Made by a program: the position numbers and the translations under genes. 64,000 bases of DNA from an uncultured Clostridium sp. (lineage in GTDB: Bacteria; Bacillota; Clostridia; Clostridiales; Clostridiaceae): contig CAKVFO010000001.1 of assembly GCA_934746785.1 (NCBI GenBank), forward strand, positions 16,967 through 80,966, read 5' to 3'. This document shows positions 20,170 to 29,573 of this stretch, in pieces. Below the pieces are notes generated by a model. The model had not been told where the DNA came from. It searched no databases and was given only the letters and a program-made list of their open reading frames with translations. Each line of letters starts with the position of its first letter. Position 1 is the stretch's first letter.

Positions 20170-21333
20170 GTGATATTTTTGATTACTGTAATAAAAGATA
20201 TTAATGTTTATGCACCTAAAGCTTTAGGAAAAAAGAATGTAGTTATAGCTGGTGATAAGTTTGAAGGTATTTATGATGAATTAAATGTTCCTGATAACTT
20301 CATAAACATTAACATTATTGATGGAGCTGGGAAAATAATGTTTCCTGGATTCATAGATGCTCATATTCATTTGATTGGAGGCGGAGGTGAGGGTGGATTT
20401 ACTACACGTACGCCTGAATTAAATCTTTCGGAATTAACTACAGCAGGAATTACTACTGTTGTAGGATGTCTTGGTACGGATAATGTATGTAGAAGTATGA
20501 ATAGCTTAATTGCAAAAACAAAGGCTTTAAATGAAGAGGGAATAACAGCTTACTGTTATACAGGTTCTTATGAAATACCAGTAAAAACAGTTACAGGAAC
20601 TATAAAACAGGACATGATGCTTATAGATGAAATTATTGGAGTAGGTGAAGTAGCTTTATCTGATCATAGAAGTTCACAGCCAACATATAATCAGTTTGTA
20701 AATACAGTTGCAGAGGCAAGATGCGGAGGACTTCTTTCTGGAAAAGGAGGAATTGTAAATATACATTTAGGTGGAGGAGCAAGAAAACTTGATATGTTAT
20801 TTTCATTAATTGAAGATACAGAAATTCCACCTACACAGCTTTTACCAACTCATATTAATAGGAGTACTGAACTTTTTAATATGGGGATTGATTATATAAA
20901 AAAGGGAGGCTTTATTGATTTAACAACCAGTTCTGATCCGGATTTTTTAGAACCAGGAGAACTTAGGGCGAGCGAAGGGTTGAAGAAGGTATATGAAATG
21001 GGATTACCTGTTGAGTGTGTTACTTTTTCTTCTGATGGAAATGGAAGTATGCCTCTGTTTAATGAAAAGAGGGAACTTATAGGGCTTGGAGTATGCTCAG
21101 TAAAGTCTTTATACAATGAAGTTAAAAATGCAATATTAAATTATAATGTACCTATAGAAGAGGCAATAAAAGTGATTACATCAAATGTTGCTGATTTTTT
21201 AAAACTTAATCAAAAAGGTAGAATTGAAAAATATAAAGATGCAGATTTTGTATTAGTTGATGAAAAGACTTTAGAAATAAAAGATGTTTTTGCTAATGGT
21301 AAGTGTATTAAAAAAGATAAAAAGAAAATATAA
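20170..21333 (+). CDS. iadA: Isoaspartyl dipeptidase (beta-aspartyl peptidase)
   Basis: The amidohydrolase metal motif DAHIHLIGGGGEGGFTTRTPE is characteristic of IadA. Length is 387 aa. Confidence 0.85.
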   Translation: MIFLITVIKDINVYAPKALGKKNVVIAGDKFEGIYDELNVPDNFININIIDGAGKIMFPGFIDAHIHLIGGGGEGGFTTRTPELNLSELTTAGITTVVGCLGTDNVCRSMNSLIAKTKALNEEGITAYCYTGSYEIPVKTVTGTIKQDMMLIDEIIGVGEVALSDHRSSQPTYNQFVNTVAEARCGGLLSGKGGIVNIHLGGGARKLDMLFSLIEDTEIPPTQLLPTHINRSTELFNMGIDYIKKGGFIDLTTSSDPDFLEPGELRASEGLKKVYEMGLPVECVTFSSDGNGSMPLFNEKRELIGLGVCSVKSLYNEVKNAILNYNVPIEEAIKVITSNVADFLKLNQKGRIEKYKDADFVLVDEKTLEIKDVFANGKCIKKDKKKI

Positions 21334-21357
21334 TCATATTTATAGGAGGATATCATA

Positions 21358-21497
21358 ATGAATGAATTAACAATGTAAATGTTAGAAGAAGTTAATGGTG
21401 GAGGAAAAAACTTGCTTGGGTAATGGGTGTTGGCGGAGGAATCTGTGGTGCTTGCGGTGGAGCAGGTGCTGGATTTACAGCAGGTGCAGCATATTAA
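21358..21497 (+). pseudogene. Double-glycine-leader, glycine-rich class II bacteriocin-like peptide gene, disrupted by an in-frame stop and a frameshift
   Basis: An AGGAGGA RBS at 21344-21350 precedes ATG 21358, which reads MNELTM, TAA, MLEEVNGG GK. The frame changes at the A6 run 21405-21410. The continuation (21411-21497) reads LAWVMGVGGGICGACGGAGAGFTAGAAY*. Confidence 0.6.
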
Positions 21498-21712
21498 TAT
21501 TAAAGAGATAATAGGAAATTAAAAACTTTTTTTGAGAATAAGAATCTAATTATTACTTGTTTTTAGGTATGTAAGATACCTAATGCATAAAAGGATAATT
21601 GTCGTGTTACAACTGGTGTTATTGGATTTAAGCTATGTTAGTTGATTAGAATATTAAAAAATAAAAAGAAGAACTTATACTAAGTTTTTTTAACGTATAG
21701 GAAATTATTTTA

Positions 21713-21787
21713 CTTTTAGAACCTTTTGACAGGCTGTGACAAAGTGGCTTCCTGCGCTGAAAAGCGTGGCGTCAGCCACTTTGTACT
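21713..21787 (+). repeat. Copy 1 of a ~75-nt GC-rich hairpin-forming intergenic element
   Basis: Near-identical to 36350-36422 and 60696-60770. Outer stem 21739-21749 pairs with 21774-21784, and the inner stem carries a GAAA loop. Confidence 0.85.
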
Positions 21788-21814
21788 TTAGTATAAGCTC
21801 CATATAATTTAATA

Positions 21815-22348
21815 TTAACATCTAAAGAAGACATGATGCCCTATAGTTTTTACATTTTGTTTTTCTGTAGACTTCATCCATGAACATGTTGCTATAGATG
21901 GATTGTAAAAGTATAATGCTTCATTAGTAGGATCTGCACCACTTAAGGCAGCATAAACTGCTTGATAGCATTTTGCATCAGGAGTTGCTTTTATACATCC
22001 ATTTTTAACGCATGAAAATGCTTTGGGCTGATAAATAACTTCCTTAATGCTGTTAGGAAAACCGGGGGATATAACCCTATTCAGGACTACAGATGCAACT
22101 GCTACTTTACCTTCATCAGGTTCGCCTCTACTTTCGGCGTATACTAATTTGGCTAATAAATCTACATCTGATTGTGTCACATACAAAGATATCTGACCGT
22201 GATTAAATACTTCTACTACTTGATCTATATTAGTTTCTGTGTTTTCGGTTTTTTCAAAAGCTTTTACTTGAACTGTTAGTATATTGTTACAAAGAGCTAC
22301 AAATGAGAGGGCTACGTAAAGCAAAAATAATTTTAATAATTTTTTCAT
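21815..22348 (-). CDS. Cell wall hydrolase, SleB/CwlJ (Hydrolase_2) family, secreted
   Basis: The LLAKLVYAESRGEPDEGKVAVASVVLNRV motif and a signal peptide MKKLLKLFLLYVALSFVA are present. The start is moved to ATG 22348, after an AAGGAGG RBS. Confidence 0.85.
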   Translation of the reverse strand: MKKLLKLFLLYVALSFVALCNNILTVQVKAFEKTENTETNIDQVVEVFNHGQISLYVTQSDVDLLAKLVYAESRGEPDEGKVAVASVVLNRVISPGFPNSIKEVIYQPKAFSCVKNGCIKATPDAKCYQAVYAALSGADPTNEALYFYNPSIATCSWMKSTEKQNVKTIGHHVFFRC

Positions 22349-22407
22349 ATAAACCTCCTTTTCTAACCCGGTCAAAACATATTATGACCAAAAGCAGATT
22401 ATATATA

Positions 22408-23388
22408 CTATTTTTTATTAAAATTATCCAGTTCGCCTTTTAAGTTTTTTAAACTTTCTCTAAAATCTGTGAATTTAGAAAAACTATTTTCGTAGTTTTC
22501 TTCAATGTTCTTTTTGTTTTCGTCGAAATTAGATGTTTTTTCAATTACAAGTGAATGCTCTAGTGACGTAATGTATAGTTCATAATAATTTATGGTGTCT
22601 TGTAATAGATTGAAACAGTCATTTCCGTTTTCGGGAATAGAAATACAGTAAGACGTATTTTTTATTTCATTTAAAGCTGCTTTTTTATCTCTTACGTCTT
22701 TTATTAAAATATCTAAGTCTCTATTATCTTTTCTTATTTGATTAAGAGCAGGCTGTAGATCTTGATCAATTTTATCAAAGGATTCAATACAATCTTTTAA
22801 ATTTGAGATATAATTATTTTTTTGAGAAACTTTTATATCAGCATCTCTGCTTAAGCTTATTAAGGTGTTGAAATATTTAGAGGTGTATTCAAAAAAGCCC
22901 TTAACGCTGTCTGAAGGTTTTGTATTGATTCCAAAAGAGTTTAATAATGAGTAGTTTTTTAAAAGCATGTCATAAGTTTTTAAGTATTCACTATATTTAG
23001 ATGAAAAGTCCTTATCTTGAGGATTCTTTAAAAGAGATATACATAAGCTATTAATAGTTGAATTATAGCTTAAGTTTTCTTGGATGATATTTTTAGTATC
23101 TTCATCTTCTAAAGTAAGAGAGTCTAAAGAATTTTTTATAGATTCTAACTGTAAATTATTATTATTTAAGGTATCTATAACTTTAGTTATATCAAATTCA
23201 TCTGAATTTATTAAGTTATCAAAGTTCTTATTATAATTTTCAAGTTGAAAGGACACCTTATTTAAAGTACTTGAATTTTTTTTAGATGAAGTTAAATTGA
23301 TAAGTAAAATGATTAGTAAGGATGTAGAAAAAAATAATATTAAAAATATTAATAATTTCTTATTTATTTTTTGGCTTAAAAATTCCAT
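22408..23388 (-). CDS. Hypothetical membrane-anchored, coiled-coil-rich protein
   Basis: 326-aa ORF with an RBS, an N-terminal TM (LLIFLILFFSTSLLIILLI) and a long N/K/D/L-rich helical region. It lies upstream of the hydrolase on the same strand. No family recognised. Confidence 0.6.
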   Translation of the reverse strand: MEFLSQKINKKLLIFLILFFSTSLLIILLINLTSSKKNSSTLNKVSFQLENYNKNFDNLINSDEFDITKVIDTLNNNNLQLESIKNSLDSLTLEDEDTKNIIQENLSYNSTINSLCISLLKNPQDKDFSSKYSEYLKTYDMLLKNYSLLNSFGINTKPSDSVKGFFEYTSKYFNTLISLSRDADIKVSQKNNYISNLKDCIESFDKIDQDLQPALNQIRKDNRDLDILIKDVRDKKAALNEIKNTSYCISIPENGNDCFNLLQDTINYYELYITSLEHSLVIEKTSNFDENKKNIEENYENSFSKFTDFRESLKNLKGELDNFNKK

Positions 23389-23542
23389 TTTTGGATGCTC
23401 CTTTCTATAATGTTGGTATTTTATATAAAATATATATTAAGATAAAAATAAAAAAATGTTCATAAATTTGTAATTAGATTTATATTAAGGAAAAATGATT
23501 TGGTGTATAATTATAAATATAATTAGTAGTTGAGGTGACACC

Positions 23543-24394
23543 ATGAGTGATTATTATTCATTGATATTAAACACAATAAAAAATATATCAATTTGGTCGA
23601 TAGTAGATATTTTAGTTGTATCATATATTTTTTATAAGATATACATGTTAATGCAGGAGACTAGAGCTGAACAACTATTAAAAGGTTTAGTTTTTATTTT
23701 AGTTCTTTTGCCTATAAGCTATATATTAAAATTAGATATGCTTAACTTTATACTTAATAAGACTCTAACAATAGGAGTATTATCAGTAATAATTATATTT
23801 CAACCAGAGATAAGAAGAGCACTTGAACATTTAGGGAGAAGTGCTTTTGAAGATATTCATAGTATGCCTTCTGGGGAAAGTAGAGTAGAACTTGTGGATG
23901 AAATTGTAGCAGCTGTGGAAAATTTATCAGCTTCAAAAACTGGAGCGCTTATTGTTATTGAACAGGCTACAGGACTTGGAGAAGTTTTAGGATCTGGAAC
24001 TATACTAGATGCTAAGGTATCATCTGCATTATTAGAAAATATATTTGTTGTAAACACTCCTTTACATGATGGAGCGACAATAATAAGAAAAGATAGAATC
24101 CATGCTTCAGGATGTGTATTGCCGTTAACAACTAATAATTCTATCAATAAAAAGTTGGGAACAAGACATAGAGCAGCTATGGGATTATCAGAGAATTCAG
24201 ATGCATTGATTATAGTAGTATCTGAGGAAACAGGTATAATATCTCTTGCTGTAAATGGAAAGCTTACAAGGAATTTTGATAAAGATAAGCTAAAGTCTAT
24301 ATTAATAAAGATAATGGAAAATAGGGAAGCTAAGAGAGTTAAGACTCTAAGGGAAAGGGTGAAGACATGGATAAAGCAAAAAAACGAAGAATAA
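23543..24394 (+). CDS. cdaA: Diadenylate cyclase CdaA
   Basis: Three N-terminal TM segments precede a DAC domain with the motifs GALIVIE, LHDGATII and TRHRAA. Confidence 0.95.
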   Translation: MSDYYSLILNTIKNISIWSIVDILVVSYIFYKIYMLMQETRAEQLLKGLVFILVLLPISYILKLDMLNFILNKTLTIGVLSVIIIFQPEIRRALEHLGRSAFEDIHSMPSGESRVELVDEIVAAVENLSASKTGALIVIEQATGLGEVLGSGTILDAKVSSALLENIFVVNTPLHDGATIIRKDRIHASGCVLPLTTNNSINKKLGTRHRAAMGLSENSDALIIVVSEETGIISLAVNGKLTRNFDKDKLKSILIKIMENREAKRVKTLRERVKTWIKQKNEE

Positions 24395-25602
24395 TAGTTA
24401 AAGGCGTATGCCTTTTATTATCTTTTATTTTATGGTTGTATGTATCTAATGTTGAGAATCCTACAAGAACATCAGATTTAAAAGATGTATCAGTTGAACT
24501 TTTAAATGATGAAATTCTTAATTCATCAAACCTATATCTTTCAAAGAATCAGAATCCTTCAGTTGATTTGAAATTGGAAGGTAAGGCTAAAGATATATAT
24601 AGTGTAAAAAAAGGTGATTTTATTTTAAAGGCGGACTTAAGTAATTACGCATTAAAAAGTGGTGAAAACAATATTCCAGTAGAAATTATAAGTGCTCCTG
24701 ATAATATTGTTATAAAAAATAGATCTGTATTAACAGTAAAGGTTGATTTAGAAGAGGGAACTGAGAAGAATTTTAAAGTTCATTCAGGTGTAAAAACTAC
24801 TTTTAAAGAAGGTGTAAGTAAAAAATCAATAAAGGTATCTCCAGATTCAGTAAAGGTATCAGGACCTGAAAGTTTAATTAAGAGTATTGAATCGGTTGAA
24901 CTTAAAGGAGAACTATTAGAAATATCAAAGGATATAACTAAGACTTTTAATATTGTTGCATTAGATTCTGATGGAAATGAAATAAGTGGAGTTAAATTCA
25001 GTGAAAGTACAGGAAAGCTTATAGTAAGTGTTGGTGGTTCAAAGCAGGTAAAAGTTAATGTTGTTGAAAAGGGAAAACTACCAGCTAATTTAACTTTAAA
25101 AGCAATATCTCTATCAGTTAATAATATAAGTATAATAGGAGATTTCGATAAAATTAAATCTATACAGCAGATAGATACTGAACCTATTGATTTATCGAGT
25201 ATAACTGAAAGTAAATCCGTAAATGTAAATTTGAAGCTTCCTGATGGAGTATATTTAAGTGATAATATTAGCAATATAACAGCAAATATAGAAGTTGAGA
25301 AAAAGGAAGAAGAAAATGCAGACAAGGTGATGACCAAAAAGATTGATGAAATAAATGTAGAGCTTTTAGATAAAGTGAATTCTACTTTAACCTATAGTGT
25401 AAATAATATTAGTGTAGAAGTATCAGGAAATACAAATGAAGTTAGCGAACTTACTAAAGAAAATATAATAGCTACAGCTTCTCTTGCAGGAATAACAGCT
25501 GCTGGAGAACAAGAGATACCTTTAAATGTTTCTTTAAAAGGTTCAAATTCATCAGTTACTATAGTTAATAAACCTGAAAAAGTTAAAGTTATAGCCAAAT
25601 AA
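24367..25602 (+). CDS. cdaR: CdaA regulatory protein CdaR (YbbR-domain repeats)
   Basis: An N-terminal TM is followed by repeated YbbR-like beta-rich domains. It overlaps the cdaA stop, the canonical position for cdaR. Confidence 0.85.
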   Translation: MDKAKKRRIIVKGVCLLLSFILWLYVSNVENPTRTSDLKDVSVELLNDEILNSSNLYLSKNQNPSVDLKLEGKAKDIYSVKKGDFILKADLSNYALKSGENNIPVEIISAPDNIVIKNRSVLTVKVDLEEGTEKNFKVHSGVKTTFKEGVSKKSIKVSPDSVKVSGPESLIKSIESVELKGELLEISKDITKTFNIVALDSDGNEISGVKFSESTGKLIVSVGGSKQVKVNVVEKGKLPANLTLKAISLSVNNISIIGDFDKIKSIQQIDTEPIDLSSITESKSVNVNLKLPDGVYLSDNISNITANIEVEKKEEENADKVMTKKIDEINVELLDKVNSTLTYSVNNISVEVSGNTNEVSELTKENIIATASLAGITAAGEQEIPLNVSLKGSNSSVTIVNKPEKVKVIAK

Positions 25603-25610
25603 TACATTAA

Positions 25611-25636
25611 AAAAATCCCTATGGGGATTTTTTTAT
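25611..25636 (+). terminator. Rho-independent terminator after cdaR
   Basis: AAATCCC, loop TATG, then GGGATTT, followed by a T-run. Confidence 0.6.
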
Positions 25637-25679
25637 GATAAAATGCATAGAGAATCTTAAAAAAAGAGAGTGTGATTAA

Positions 25680-27281
25680 ATGACTATAAGAATTAATAAT
25701 ATAAATTTAAGTATAGATGAACCTAAAGAATTAGTTAAAAAAAAGGCTGCTAAAGCTTTAAGAATAAATGAAGATGAAATAATTGATTATACAATAATTA
25801 AAGAAAGCATAGATGCTAGAAAGAAAGACAATATAAAGTTTAATTATTGTATTGATGTAAATTGTAATGGAGAAAAGAGAATCTTATCAAAAGCAAAATG
25901 TAAGGATGCAAAATTAAAAGAAGAGGAGTTTATAGAAGATACTGTACATGGAACTAAGAAGATGAGTTCAAGACCAGTAGTAATTGGTTTTGGCCCTGCA
26001 GGAATCTTTGCAGCTTTAACTTTAGCTAAAGAAGGATATAAGCCAATAGTTTTCGAAAGAGGAGAAGATGCAGAAACCAGAACTAGAACTGTTGAAAGCT
26101 TCTGGAGAGGTGAATCAGATTTAAATCTAGAATCCAATGTTCAATTTGGTGAAGGAGGAGCTGGTGCTTTTTCTGATGGTAAATTAACTACTAGAATTAA
26201 GGATAAAAGATGTAGATTTGTATTAAAGGAACTTGTAAAGGCTGGAGCTCCTGAAGAAATAATGTATGAAGGAAAACCACATGTTGGAACAGATATATTA
26301 AAAGATGTTGTTATGAATATAAGAGAGCAGATTAAGGCACTTGGAGGAGAAGTTCACTTTAATTCAAAGTTAGAATCTATAAATGTTAAAGATGGAAGTC
26401 TTAGAAGTATAGTAGTAAATGGAGCAGAAATTCCTTGTGAAGCTTTAATACTAGCTATTGGACATAGTTCAAGAGATACATATGAAATGTTACATAAACA
26501 AGGAATATTCATGGAAAGTAAGGCTTTCGCAATAGGTGTTAGAATTGAACATCCGCAAGAAATAATAAATGTAAGTCAGTACGGTAAATATGCAAATCAT
26601 CCAAGGCTTAAAGCTGCTGATTATAGATTAGTATATCAATCAAAACTTACTAATAGAGGAGTATATTCTTTCTGCATGTGTCCAGGTGGAGTAGTGGTTG
26701 CAGCTGCGTCAGAAGAGAAAAGACTTGTTTCAAACGGTATGAGTTATCATGCTAGAGATCTTGAAAATGCAAATTCAGCTTTAGTTGTAACAGTAGGGCC
26801 AGAAGATTTTGAAGGAAGTTTGCCTTTAAAGGGAATGGAATTTCAAAGACATTATGAAAGCCTTGCTTATAATTTAGGTGGTGGAAATTATAAGGCCCCT
26901 GTTCAGCTTGTAGGGGATTTCTTAAAGGATAAGAAATCAACTAAAATAGGGAAAGTAAATCCGTCTTATACAGCAGGATATGAATTAAAGGACTTAAGAG
27001 AATGTCTTCCTAACTATGTTGTTGATACACTGAAGGATGGTATTGTGACTTTTGATTCAAGAATCAAGGGATATGCTATGAATGATGCTGTTCTTACAGG
27101 TATAGAAACAAGAACTTCAGCTCCAGTGAGAATAAGTAGAAATGACAATTTAGAAAGTATAAGCTCTAAGGGTTTATATCCAGCAGGAGAAGGTGCTGGC
27201 TTTGCAGGGGGAATAATTTCAGCAGCTGTTGATGGTATAAAAGTAGCTGAAAGAATAATTGCAGAATATAAAGAAATATAA
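25680..27281 (+). CDS. FAD-dependent protein (COG2509-type NAD(FAD)-utilizing dehydrogenase)
   Basis: A dinucleotide-binding motif VVIGFGPAGIFAAL is present, with a C-terminal GLYPAGEGAGFAGGI motif. Length is 533 aa. Confidence 0.8.
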   Translation: MTIRINNINLSIDEPKELVKKKAAKALRINEDEIIDYTIIKESIDARKKDNIKFNYCIDVNCNGEKRILSKAKCKDAKLKEEEFIEDTVHGTKKMSSRPVVIGFGPAGIFAALTLAKEGYKPIVFERGEDAETRTRTVESFWRGESDLNLESNVQFGEGGAGAFSDGKLTTRIKDKRCRFVLKELVKAGAPEEIMYEGKPHVGTDILKDVVMNIREQIKALGGEVHFNSKLESINVKDGSLRSIVVNGAEIPCEALILAIGHSSRDTYEMLHKQGIFMESKAFAIGVRIEHPQEIINVSQYGKYANHPRLKAADYRLVYQSKLTNRGVYSFCMCPGGVVVAAASEEKRLVSNGMSYHARDLENANSALVVTVGPEDFEGSLPLKGMEFQRHYESLAYNLGGGNYKAPVQLVGDFLKDKKSTKIGKVNPSYTAGYELKDLRECLPNYVVDTLKDGIVTFDSRIKGYAMNDAVLTGIETRTSAPVRISRNDNLESISSKGLYPAGEGAGFAGGIISAAVDGIKVAERIIAEYKEI

Positions 27282-27293
27282 TTTATAAAAAAC

Positions 27294-27329
27294 AATGCTC
27301 TGAAAACTTTGCTTTTTAGAGCATTTTTT
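27294..27329 (+). terminator. Rho-independent terminator
   Basis: AATGCTCTGAAAA (27294-27306) pairs with TTTTAGAGCATT (27314-27325), followed by a T-run. Confidence 0.7.
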
Positions 27330-27499
27330 GTTAAAATAAATTTAGCATAACTGGAAATTTTTTTAACTAAATTTGTTACAAAATTAACATAGTGCTTATA
27401 GACAAAAATCAGAATCACTATTTTTCGAGTTAGACAAACCCAGAAAAACTGTAAGTGACTCCATAAGTAAATAATAAATTTAATAAGAGGTGCATATAA

Positions 27500-28405
27500 A
27501 TGAGTAAAAATTTTGATGATTTATTGTCAAAGGTTAAGGAATGTAAAAGAAAAAAATTAGCTGTTGCAGTAGCACAGGACAAGCCAGTTCTAGAAGCCGT
27601 AAACGAAGCTAAGAGAATGGGGATTGCAGATGCAATTTTAGTTGGTGATAAGGATAAAATAAAAGAAGTAGCAGATTCAATTGGTATGGATTTAAATCAA
27701 TTCGAAGTTCATCATGAAGCAGATCCTAAGAAAGCAGCTTTAGATGCTGTTCAATTAGTATCAGCAGGTAAAGCTGATATGGTTATGAAAGGATTACTTG
27801 ATACAGCTACATTCTTAAGAAGTGTTTTAAATAAAGAAGTTGGTTTAAGAACAGGAAAATTAATGTCTCATGTAGCAGTATTTGAAATAAAGGGATTTGA
27901 TAGACTAATATTCTTAACAGATGTTGCATTTAACACATATCCAGAATTAAAGGATAAAGTTCAAATTGTAAACAACGCTGTAAAAGTAGCACATGCTTGT
28001 GGAATAGATTGTCCAAAGGTAGCACCTTTATGTGCAGTAGAAGTAGTAAATCCAAATATGCAACCTACTCTTGATGCAGCATTATTATCAAAGATGAGTG
28101 ATAGAGGACAAATAAAGGGATGTATCGTTGATGGACCTCTTGCTTTAGATAATGCATTATCAGAAGAAGCAGCAAAACATAAGGGAGTTACAGGACCAGT
28201 TGCTGGTAAGGCAGATATATTATTATTACCAGATATCGAAGCAGGTAACATAATGTATAAAACATTAACTTATACAGCAGACGTTAAGAATGGATGTGTA
28301 TTAGTTGGAACATCTGCACCAGTTATTTTAACTTCAAGAGCTGACAGCTTTGAAACAAAAGTTAACTCAATTGCATTAGCAGCTATAGTTGCAGAAGCTA
28401 AATAA
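27500..28405 (+). CDS. ptb: Phosphate butyryltransferase
   Basis: 301-aa phosphate acyltransferase (PTA_PTB) directly upstream of butyrate kinase, the canonical ptb-buk pair. Confidence 0.9.
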   Translation: MSKNFDDLLSKVKECKRKKLAVAVAQDKPVLEAVNEAKRMGIADAILVGDKDKIKEVADSIGMDLNQFEVHHEADPKKAALDAVQLVSAGKADMVMKGLLDTATFLRSVLNKEVGLRTGKLMSHVAVFEIKGFDRLIFLTDVAFNTYPELKDKVQIVNNAVKVAHACGIDCPKVAPLCAVEVVNPNMQPTLDAALLSKMSDRGQIKGCIVDGPLALDNALSEEAAKHKGVTGPVAGKADILLLPDIEAGNIMYKTLTYTADVKNGCVLVGTSAPVILTSRADSFETKVNSIALAAIVAEAK

Positions 28406-28430
28406 TATTAAATACCAGGGGGAGTAAGTT

Positions 28431-29498
28431 ATGTCATATAACATTTTAATAATAAATCCAGGTTCAACATCAACAAAGATTGGTGTATATAAAGATGAAA
28501 AAGAAGTTTTAGAAGAAACTATAAGACACACTAATGAAGAAATAAAGAGATATGCTACTATATTTGATCAATTTGGTTTCAGAAAAGAATTAATCTTAAA
28601 AGTATTAGCAGAAAAGAATTTTGATATAAAAACATTAGACGCTGTAGTAGGTAGAGGTGGAATGCTTAAACCAGTAGAAGGTGGAACTTACGCAGTAAAT
28701 GATGCTATGGTTGAAGATTTAAAAGTAGGAGTACAAGGTCCTCATGCATCTAACCTAGGAGGAATACTTGCAAGATCAATAGGTGATGAATTAGGAGTAC
28801 CTTCATTCATAGTTGACCCAGTTGTAACTGATGAATTATCAGATGTAGCTAGATTCTCAGGAACACCTGATATCCCAAGAAGAAGTAAGTTCCATGCTTT
28901 AAACCAAAAAGCTGTTGCTAAGAGATATGGTAAGGAATCAGGAAAAGGATATGAAAATCTTAACTTAATTGTTGTTCACATGGGCGGTGGAGTTTCAGTT
29001 GGAGCTCATAAGAATGGTAAAGTTGTAGATGTAAACAACGCTTTAGATGGAGATGGACCATTCTCACCAGAAAGAGCTGGTTCTGTTCCTGCTGGAGACT
29101 TAATAAAGATGTGTTTCAGTGGTAAATATACTGAAAATGAAGTATACAGCAAAGTTGTTGGAAAAGGTGGTTTCGTAGGTTATTTAAATACTAACGATGT
29201 TAAGGGAACTATCGATAAAATGGGTGAAGGAGACAAAGAATGTACAGCAATCTACAATGCATTCCTTTATCAAATAGTTAAAGAAATCGGTGCTATGGCA
29301 GGAATCTTAGAAGGTAAGGTAGATCAAATCGTTGTAACTGGAGGCATTGCATATTCAGATGTATTAATTCCAGACCTTATAGAAAAAGTTAAATGGATAG
29401 CTCCTGTAACTGTATATCCAGGAGAAGATGAACTATTAGCATTAGCTCAAGGTGCTATAAGAGTTCTTAGCGGAGAAGAAGAAGCTAAAGTATACTAG
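28431..29498 (+). CDS. buk: Butyrate kinase
   Basis: 355-aa acetate/butyrate kinase fold starting [16 protein letters not shown], with [12 protein letters not shown]. It is paired with ptb. Confidence 0.95.
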   Translation: MSYNILIINPGSTSTKIGVYKDEKEVLEETIRHTNEEIKRYATIFDQFGFRKELILKVLAEKNFDIKTLDAVVGRGGMLKPVEGGTYAVNDAMVEDLKVGVQGPHASNLGGILARSIGDELGVPSFIVDPVVTDELSDVARFSGTPDIPRRSKFHALNQKAVAKRYGKESGKGYENLNLIVVHMGGGVSVGAHKNGKVVDVNNALDGDGPFSPERAGSVPAGDLIKMCFSGKYTENEVYSKVVGKGGFVGYLNTNDVKGTIDKMGEGDKECTAIYNAFLYQIVKEIGAMAGILEGKVDQIVVTGGIAYSDVLIPDLIEKVKWIAPVTVYPGEDELLALAQGAIRVLSGEEEAKVY

Positions 29499-29529
29499 AA
29501 TATTATTTTAGGTGAATAATGTTAAAAGA

Positions 29530-29569
29530 AATGTGGATATCTTATTGTGTTTAATAAGATATCCACATT
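29530..29569. terminator. Bidirectional terminator shared by buk (+) and the convergent chemoreceptor gene (-)
   Basis: AATGTGGATATCTTATT (29530-29546) pairs with AATAAGATATCCACATT (29553-29569), flanked by A- and T-runs. Confidence 0.8.
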
Positions 29570-29573
29570 ATTT

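Noticed and set aside
24780-25337. Long ORFs antisense to, or out of frame with, confidently assigned genes. Examples: 24780..25337 in cdaR, 13888..14286 in ptsI, 27014..27418, 46838..47227, 7291..7656, 593..814, 1660..1848, 40421..40681, 38733..39087 and 61725..61979.
   Set aside because: Each lies entirely within, or mostly within, a gene with clear family motifs on the other strand or frame. They lack ribosome-binding sites. Their low-complexity S/L/I/F-rich composition is typical of shadow ORFs in AT-rich DNA.
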